This document shows positions 56,045 to 64,000 of a stretch of DNA of 64,000 nt, piece by piece. This DNA comes from Podarcis filfolensis. Lineage: Eukaryota. The translations under genes were made by a program, and so were the position numbers. The notes beneath the pieces are model-generated. The model was given only the letters and a program-made list of their open reading frames with translations, was not told where the DNA came from and made no database searches. The stretch is taken from assembly GCA_964270895.1 (NCBI GenBank), contig OZ185448.1. One strand, written 5' to 3'. Position 1 is the stretch's first letter; each line of letters starts with the position of its first letter.

Positions 56045-58858
56045 GTAAGGGGGCCCTTTCAAAGGGGTGGTGAGCCCCATGCTGCTAACATGCCCAAGGG
56101 GTATCATTGGTTCGAACCACCAGTGGTGCTCATTGCAGCTTCCAGCTGGGGTGGGGAGAGGAACAGAGCATCCCTGAGCAGTTCGACCTGCTGCTTTGTT
56201 GCCAGGCCTAGCCTTTTGCAGAAACAGCTGCCCCGTTTTCTGGCACCTAGAGACAGGCCAATTAAGCTGCTCCGTTGCTTTCTCTTTGGCTGTGCCACTC
56301 CCACCTGCAGTTCCTGGTGGATTATTTTTGACCTCTTTTTACTCCTTTGGCTTTCAAAGAAACCATATTTTCGTATCATCTGAAGCTGCTCTGGAAAGAA
56401 ATAGTATTTTAAGCATAAATCAGCATGTGATCGCCAAATTAATGAGCGCGATTACGGGGCAGAATAATAACACTGCTGGATACGAAAGCAAAAGGGTAGT
56501 GGTTAATAGCCTGGAAGATAAATCAGGTTTGTGGAATATGTCAGAAGGTGAGGGAAGCTTGGGGTTTAATAAGGAAGCTGCTTCCTGCAATGGGGGGATG
56601 TATCAAGTGTGTTTTGGGGTTGGTTATGGGTTGCGTTTGATCTCTGAACTGGCCATGGAGCTACAGGAGTGGAGAGGATTTAAGAGCAGGTTCAACACTG
56701 CTTTTGCAGATGCTTGAGGTGGATTGATGATGTCTTATGGTCCAGAGGCAGTTCAGGTTCTCTTGCTCTAGGAAGCGAGGAAGCTGCCTCATACCATTGG
56801 TCCATCTAGCCCAGTGTTGTTTACAAGGCAAGCCCAGGATTTCAGGAAGTGGTCTGTTCCCCAGTTCTGCCTGGAAGTGCTGTGGATCAAACCCAGAGAC
56901 CTTCCCAAGGTGGAGTGGAGCCACCAAGAAGCCTTTCCCTGGAGCATCTTTCTCTGAGCATCTTGCCCCCTGCCCCCTTGAGGCTTCTTGGGAGCCTTTT
57001 CTGTGACAAGGCAAGCCCTGGAACAGGAACCAGAGCAAGGGGTTATCTCCACTTGCCAGGCTGGTGTCTGGTCTCCCCTCCAAGCACCACCTGAGATTTG
57101 GGCTGATGGGGAATCCCTGGCTCTGAGCTCCCATGAGTTCACCCCCCACCAGCAACATTTGCTGCCCAAGTTTGTGCGATGTGGTTGACCCTAACCACCT
57201 CCTTCCTCTGTCTCTCTCTCTCTTCCTAATATGACACAGGAACTGTTGGGCCAAGAATGAGATGAGGAAGTGACTCACGTTTTCCTCCCTCCTTTCTTTC
57301 TTCCGGGCCCAAAGTGCAGAGCCTGCAGCCTTGCAAGAGGCTTTGCGCCTCTGCAATTTGCGAAGCCTTCCCAGTTAGAAATTTTGGTTTGGTTAGTTGG
57401 CAATAAAGTGCCCTCTAGGCCCTTCTCAGCTAGTTTCCATCTCTTAAAGCTGTTGACAAAGGGCTCTCCTCTGAAGGGTGGAGAAGTTGTGGGGAAATAG
57501 CTGGCTGGGCTCAAGTGTTTCGTGAACTTCGCCTTGGATTGAGTAAATCTGTGGAGCCTGAAGCTATGATGGTTTTTTAGCTCAGTGTTGTTGAAGTGGA
57601 TGCAGTTTGAAATCCACAGCGTAGGAAGCTTGTTGGATGGTCCGATTCGGGCAGCCAGGTGAGAGACCCTTTGATGCCGCCTGTCAACCAGTAGTGGGAC
57701 CAAATACTTTCAAAACGGGCCATAACAAATGGATTAACACTGCCCACAGAGTCATGTTGGTTTATTTCATTGGCCAATAAGAGAGAGCCTCTTAAACATT
57801 TTTCTGTGGGTCATTAATCATTCTGATCTGATGTGAGCGATGGATGTGAGAGACTCTCTGATTGGATTCTTAGTGTCTGTCTGGATTTCCTGCTGCAGTC
57901 ATAAATGTGCTTGGACATTCCTCTTTTCCCTTGTGTTCTATCTGGCTTGCTCTCGTGGTGTTTTCTGAAAAATCTGTAAAAGTAGTTTGCAAAAATAAAA
58001 CTAAACCTTTGTTTTAGCAAGTATCCTCTTGTGGTTGTTCTGCTGCTTTGCCGTGTGCAGCAAAAGGTCAGTATTTTTGGCTGGTAAGAGCATCTGCTCT
58101 GTGAAGCGTCAGTGGGCGCTGCTTTGTGGACACTGTAGTTGCGGAGCAGCAAAGGCAAAACTTCCACTCCTGCCCTCATGCTGATCCGCAGTTGATCCAT
58201 CTGGGGATGAGGGACGACAGCCTTACTTTGTGGTTGACCTTCTGTTCCTTTGGGGAATAGACTTGGCATGTACAGAACTGCTGGCAAATAAACAGCCAAT
58301 TCCAGTTTGCTGCTGTTGCAGTTCGAGGCTTAAGTTCATAGAATCCTCACAGTCCGAAGAGACCTGGGCGGCTGGCGATGATGCAGGATGTCCTCGACTT
58401 CAGCATCCTTGGTCAGAGGTCGCTGTCCGGGAAGGTGACCTCTAAGGAAATGAATCTGCCACCTTCCAGCTGCTCTATTGCCTGGACAGTCCATGCCTCC
58501 AGGAAGAACTTTTGCATAATACATGCATATTATTTATATGCTGTGTTTCCATAGTTAAAACTATGTACAAGGCGACTTACAACATGAATAAAACCCACAT
58601 AATTACAAATGTAATAAAATAATCATAAGCAATAAGTACACAACCCATTTAAACAATATTCATGTAAATCCTAATATATATCTAAAATAAAGACAGTTTT
58701 TTCTTCCCCCCGCCTCTATTTTTACTTTTTCTCTTTTTCCTTTTCTCCTTTTTTATCTTTGTTCTTTTTCTTTTTTCTAATTTTCTTTTTCATTTTTCGG
58801 TACATGTTTTTTCTCTCCTTCTTATGTGTACAATTGTTTTCTTTTTGTATGTATGTAA

Positions 58859-59189
58859 TAAACCACTGAGCCTAGGGCTTGCCGATCGGAAGGTCGGCGG
58901 TTCGAATCCCCGTGAGCTCCCGTTGTTCTGTCCCAGCTCCTGACATCCTAGCAGTTCTAAAGCACGTCAAAGTGCAAGTAGATAAATAGGTACCGCTCCG
59001 GCGGGAAGGTAAATGGCGTTTCCGTGTGCTGCTCTGGTTCGCCAGAAGCCGCTTAGTCATGCAGGCCACATGACCCGGAAAACCTGCCTGCGGACAAACG
59101 TTGGCTCCCTCGGCCTGTAAAGCGAGATGAGCCCCTCAACCCCAGAGTCGTTTGTGACTGGACTTAACTGTCAGGGGTCCTTTACCTTT
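58859..59189 (+). mobile_element. 5'-truncated Sauria SINE abutting an L1-like AT-rich tail (58680-58862)
   Basis: Near-identical to the 41354 copy from ccactgagcctagggcttgcc to ggggtcctttaccttt. Confidence 0.85.
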
Positions 59190-60204
59190 TAATATGTATA
59201 TTGCAAATAAAATTCTTTAAACCCCCCCCAAACAACCCCCCCCCAAACAGTACCCACAACTCAATGGTTGCCGTAGTTCCTTCTCCTTGTAATTTGAGCC
59301 CATGCTGGCCCTGTTCTGGTGCAACCTATGTCATAAGGGATGAAGGGCCAGCTCAGCTGATTCAGGTTCTTGTAGTACCTGGCTGTGGTGTCTTGGACAG
59401 TGCAGAGCCCTTTACTTTTCAGCTTTTGGGACATGCAAGGTTTCCACTGCTGTGCCATTCAGACGTTCTAAGCTTGTTCCCATTTTTAAATCCTCTCTCT
59501 ACAGCCTGATAGATAAAAGCAACTCCTGTGTGGAGGTGCCAGGCCCTTCCATCACATGAAATGCTGCTCTCTGCTTCCATGGCCAGGTTGGCCAGGGTTG
59601 GGAGGGAGGTGAGCTTGGTTGTGTGTGCATATTCATTCATATACCGGTACTTCATTCATTCATCTCTCAGATGTACCAGCAGGAGCCTACAAAGCAATTT
59701 TTTTTGAGCTTCTGTAATTTTTTCTTTGAATTGCTGTGGACAGGTGCTTATCAGTGTGCCGCACTTCTGCCCAGAGGTGCTGCACTTCTGCCCAGAGTTC
59801 CTCATTTCCTGGCTTGGCAGCCTCTCTTCCTTTCTCTAGCATACTTGGCATGATAGACACCACCAGCCTGCTGCAGATTCCTTTTGCCCCCCCTTCCAAT
59901 CTCACAGGGCTTCTCAGTGGTCCTTTTCCGAGACAGCAAAGTGGAGACCAGAAAATGGTAAAGTACTACTGCTAGGTTTGGTGCTGTGATAACCGTCACC
60001 TTAGCCCCAGTCTTTCTTCTTCTTCTTTAAAGCCCGCTTTTGCTTGAGTATGGAATAGCAGGTGCTTCCCCCCATGGGCCACTCTTGCCTTTCAGCTTCA
60101 TAGAGAGGTTGCTGCTTGCTTGAACAGGATGAAGTTGAGATGGAAGGAAGCACAGACCGGAGGAGGGGGGATTTCAATCTTCCTTGCCGAGCTTTACTCT
60201 CTCT

Positions 60205-60540
60205 TTTTTAAAAAATAGGTTTTTTATTAAAAAAAATCAACATAACAAGTTATCAAAAACATATCATCTTCATTCCCTCCCATTTTCCCCTTCTCCCTCC
60301 CCCCAAAAACCCTCCCTCCCACCCCACCCCCAGACTTCCCTCAATTCCTCTCTCCAGTTTTTCAACACATATTATTCTCTGCATATTATAAAATTGTAAA
60401 GATCCTTAAATTATCTATCTATTATGTTAACAATAATGAATTTGTGTACTGTATGTTTATTCAAAACCTGCCAAGGAGTCCAATTCATTTTGTTGTTTGC
60501 ACCTTTACTCTCTTAGTCTATAAAACTGTCTGTAAAACTC
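60205..60540 (-). mobile_element. L1 3' end
   Basis: T-run, G-rich 3' UTR on minus, and ORF2 end ...NELDSLAGFE*. Confidence 0.6.
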
Positions 60541-60637
60541 TCAGTGCATTGGTGTCACAGGCTCTCTGGGAAGTGGGGAAAGGGATGGCTGCCCCCCCCC
60601 CCGCCTCAATGCCTCTTCCCTGAACTTGCCTTGAATT

Positions 60638-60780
60638 CATAGAATTATAGAGTTGGAAGGGAGCTGGAGGATCATCTAGTCCGACCCACTGCAATGCAGG
60701 GATATGCAGCTGTCCCATATGGGGATCGAACCTGTGACCTTGGTGTTATCAGCACCATGCTCTAAACAACAGCTATCTAG
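60638..60780 (-). mobile_element. tRNA-Ile(AAT)-derived SINE with CR1 3' tail
   Basis: Minus: tttagagcatggtgctgataacaccaaggtcacaggttcgatccccatatggg, then ggactagatgatcctccagctcccttccaactctataattctatg. Confidence 0.75.
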
Positions 60781-63717
60781 ATTCAAGCCCCTCCTCTCTG
60801 TGTAGCTGGGAGTCAAATGGCTGGGGCGTCTCCTGGAGGCCAATACTTCTGCCTTGGCTAGCATTTGCCTCCTTGTGCCTTCTTGGTTCCTCTGCCTCTG
60901 ACTGCCTGTATCCTGCTGCTGCTCTTTGCAACACCCACCATCAAGGCTGGATAAATCCCAGCAACTATCTAAATTAGGCAGCTGGTCCCTACCACCCCCC
61001 CCCCATTAAATCTAAAACCTGATGCTGGTCCTTAGCCATTTTTCCAGCTCTGAGCCCCAGCCCTGCATGCCTGGGGGATCCTGGGAGGCTTTGCAGTCTT
61101 ATGCCCTCCACGTTACTTGCTAGGGACTTGTACATGCTTGACAGTCGGGAGTTTTCAGCAGGTGCCTGGGCTTGTTATCGGTGGGGGAGGATCCTGCGTT
61201 TTGGCAGCTGACAACAATGTGGCTCCACACACCTGGCAAGGATCCTCCCAGATGTGCCGTTGGAGATTCTGAAGCAGCAGCAGCGTGCCCAGGCTGATCC
61301 TTTTCTTCAGCTGCCGAAGGAGGGCTGTTGTCTTCTCTCTTTCTCCCCGCACTTTGACTTGCTGTGTGAAGGCTGGCCGTGCACACCAGTGCGGGTGAGC
61401 CAAGTGTGTCATGAGGATTCAGGCCACATTGACGCAGAAAAGGGATCTCCCAATTCCCCCCTCCCAGCTGCTTGAGCGCTGGCCTGGTGTTGCAACCACT
61501 GACCCTCAGTCAGCCTTTGGAACAAAGCACTCGCTGCTTGCCTGAACAGGCCCTGTGGTGTGGGAACTAGACCTTGAGGGCTTAAGGGCAGAGATCCTGG
61601 CTTTCTTTCAAGCACAGCCCGTGAAGGCCCCTTTGTGAGTACCGAGTGAGGACAAAACACCTCTTGGAAGAGGAAGTAATGTTTCCCCCCCGACATGCGT
61701 CTTGCACAAGAGAGCCACTTGCAGCAGGGTTTGCACCATGTCTTCTAGGTCGGAGACTGTCACCTTCCTCCCACCGCTGGGTTCAGTTTCAGGCTCTGCT
61801 TTGGTTCTGGGCTTCTTCAGGGCCTGGTGAGCAGTGGCTCATTTGGCCTTTGGAGTCCTTGCCCCTCTCTCTTCTTCCCTACCCCAGCTCTTGTCCACCC
61901 AGAGTTCTCAATAACCACAAAGCCTGTTGGTGTTCCGCCTCCTCTGAAAAAAATATTTATGTCGGGGTGGGAACCTGTTGTGGCCCTTGGAGTGCCCTTG
62001 GTCACCAAAGTCCGTGGCCATGATGGCACTGCGTAATGGCGTAACAAATATTGACAGGGTTGGCTGCAGTCAGAGGTGGGCTCTTTGGTTGCCTGCCCAG
62101 TCAAGTTCAGCTTCCTGGTGGGACAGCACTTTCAGTTGAGTGGGTTTTGTTCATGCTCTGTCAGGTTGGACACCCCTCTCCAGTTGAGGCACAAATACCG
62201 ATAAAATACTGCATAAACATGACTTAAAAGAACCCAGCTGTAACAAAAATTTAGCAGTGGTTTAAAACGAAATGTTTCCAGCCTATACTTCTCACCAGCC
62301 AGCCAAGATGGCACTCTGCTGCTTTCTGCTCTATGACCTTGCTCCTCTGCTTGACTGTTTTCCCCTTGCGACACTGGAGGTTCTTTGCAGTGTCAGGTTG
62401 GAGAAGGGAGGTGGGCTCATTGTGGCCCACTGTGACTTGGAAGATGGCTTGGGCAAGGGGAAGATGCTGCTGCCTGCTGCTACTGCTCTGCATAGATCCC
62501 TGCAGCTGCCAAGCAGCCATAATGGCCCTAGGGCCCAAGAACAGGTGGTGGGTTCTGCTGGTGTGCTGAGGGAGAGACCCCGCCATGCATTTTGAGAAGC
62601 TGGGTGCTGTGGTCTTCAGGGCAAGATTTTTGGGATCGTGCTGGAGGGGAGGACTTTGCTCCCTTGAACGGCTGAGAGCTGCTTTGAATCTCACGTGTCT
62701 TTGGTTTTATGGCTGTGGTTTATTTTTTCCATTGCATGCTGCTTTGAATACATGTTGGGAAAATGGAATGATAGGCAAAAAGCACTAGGAAGCCTCAGCT
62801 GAGGAAGCTTCCAGATGAGAGGCGCAGCTCAGGACTCGGGCCTCTGGTTGCCTTCACTTCAGGGCTGGCCCAGTGGTGTGCTTGTGTCTGGAGTCCCAAG
62901 ACAAAGGACCTCTTGGGGGAGATCTGGACAGTGTTGATCTTTTGGGGGCCTCAGGGCCCCTCTAGCTGTTGCCAGACTCCAGCTCCCATTGCCCCAGAGG
63001 GCGGGCTGGGAGGGCAACAGACCTGGCCAGTCACCCACAGGCAGATGGGCTGGTGGAGGTTAAGCACCTGAGGAGTGAAAGGCCAGAGGAGGTCAAGGTC
63101 CAAGGCAGTAATGGAGAGCAGAAGGTGTCAAAGAGAGGCAGGGGTCATGATCCATGGCAGGCGCTGTAGAGAGAAGGAAGTAAAAGGGCAGCCCACCTGG
63201 CTGGCTGCCAGGGTTTTTTTAAGGCCTGGCTCAGGAGGTCAGTTGCCTCCCCAAAGGATGGGGCTGCAGCAGCTGCTCTCTAAGGCTGAGGCTGCTTGAC
63301 CGCCCCTCCCCCCAGGCAGCGGCCTCAGGGCAGGGGGATGGAGGCTGCCTCCTCCTTGCAGCCGATGAAGGTGGCTGGAACATCTCCCAGAACTACCTGG
63401 CGCTCCTCCTGCCTGCACCTAGTTTTCCCGTACGGGGAGGGCCCTTCAGGGGAGGCCAAACAAGTCGGACGGGTTTGCTTTGTTCTTCTTGCCCTTCAGA
63501 GGAAACTCCTTCCCACTCCCATTTTGTCCCTGCTGTGCTGACAGAGTTTTCTGGATTTGTTGGTTTTGATTATATGATGGGCCTTGATTACCGTTGCGGA
63601 TGCCTTGCCTTAATCTGTAGATCAAGGGTTGTGCCCCGTGCTAGTCTTCCTCTGAGTATGCTCGTTGAAATTAATGGGCACAGCTAACATAGGGCTGTGA
63701 ATTTCAGTGGTGCAACA

Positions 63718-63718
63718 G

Positions 63719-63766
<48 letters not shown>

Positions 63767-64000
63767 TTATTATTTGTACCCCGCCCATCTGGCTGGGTTT
63801 CCCCAGCCACTCTGGGCGGCTTCCACAGAGACCAAAAATACACTAAAATGTCACACATTAAAAACTTCCCTGAACAAGGCTCCCTTAAGATGTCTTCTGA
63901 ATGTCAGGTAGTTGTTTATCGCTTTGACATCTGATGGGAGGGCATTCCACAGGGCGGGCGCCACTACTGAGAAGGCCCTCTGCCTGGTTCCCTGTAGCTT
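63718..64000 (-). mobile_element. (AAT)n microsatellite plus L2 LINE 3' end, running off the right edge
   Basis: Minus translation QGTRQRAFSVVAPALWNALP is the L2 ORF2 C-terminus; tail ccccgcccatctggctgggtttccccagcc. Confidence 0.82.

Noticed and set aside
60700-60780. tRNA-Ile gene
   Set aside because: Degenerate acceptor stem and A-box, and fused to a CR1 tail, so it is a SINE.
63572-63660. C/D-box snoRNA-like ATGATG...CTGA
   Set aside because: Imperfect C box, weak terminal stem, no recognisable guide.
56045-64000. IQGAP1 exon 3 (WMEACL...)
   Set aside because: Not found in any frame; presumably beyond the window.

Overview
Vertebrate (squamate, probably lacertid lizard) genomic DNA, judged from Sauria SINEs, L2/CR1/L1 remnants and reptile MITEs. 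Four genes were reconstructed by hand from splice signals and by recalling the human proteins: MAP1A (minus strand, exons 1-2, runs off the left edge), complete TP53BP1 (plus, 25 coding exons, 1841 aa), complete TUBGCP4 (minus, 18 exons, 703 aa) and IQGAP1 (plus, exons 1-2 only). The layout is MAP1A <- -> TP53BP1 -> <- TUBGCP4 <- -> IQGAP1, with four CpG islands. I found no new multi-gene system. The strongest lead is that the 53BP1 BRCT phospho-binding motif RTRKY reads RNRIY (human T1812/K1814) while the p53-contact residues are kept. Other leads: Tudor M1584R, a ~36-aa low-complexity insert in GCP4, a 30-bp tandem duplication carrying two ATGs in RFX-like boxes at the MAP1A start, a near-consensus REST site in MAP1A intron 2, candidate distal/poison exons in TP53BP1, a solo LTR with perfect TSD inside a GC-AG intron, an OposCharlie1-like hAT element, and a TUBGCP4-IQGAP1 adjacency that human lacks. 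All comparisons with human proteins and repeat consensi are from memory, not database searches.
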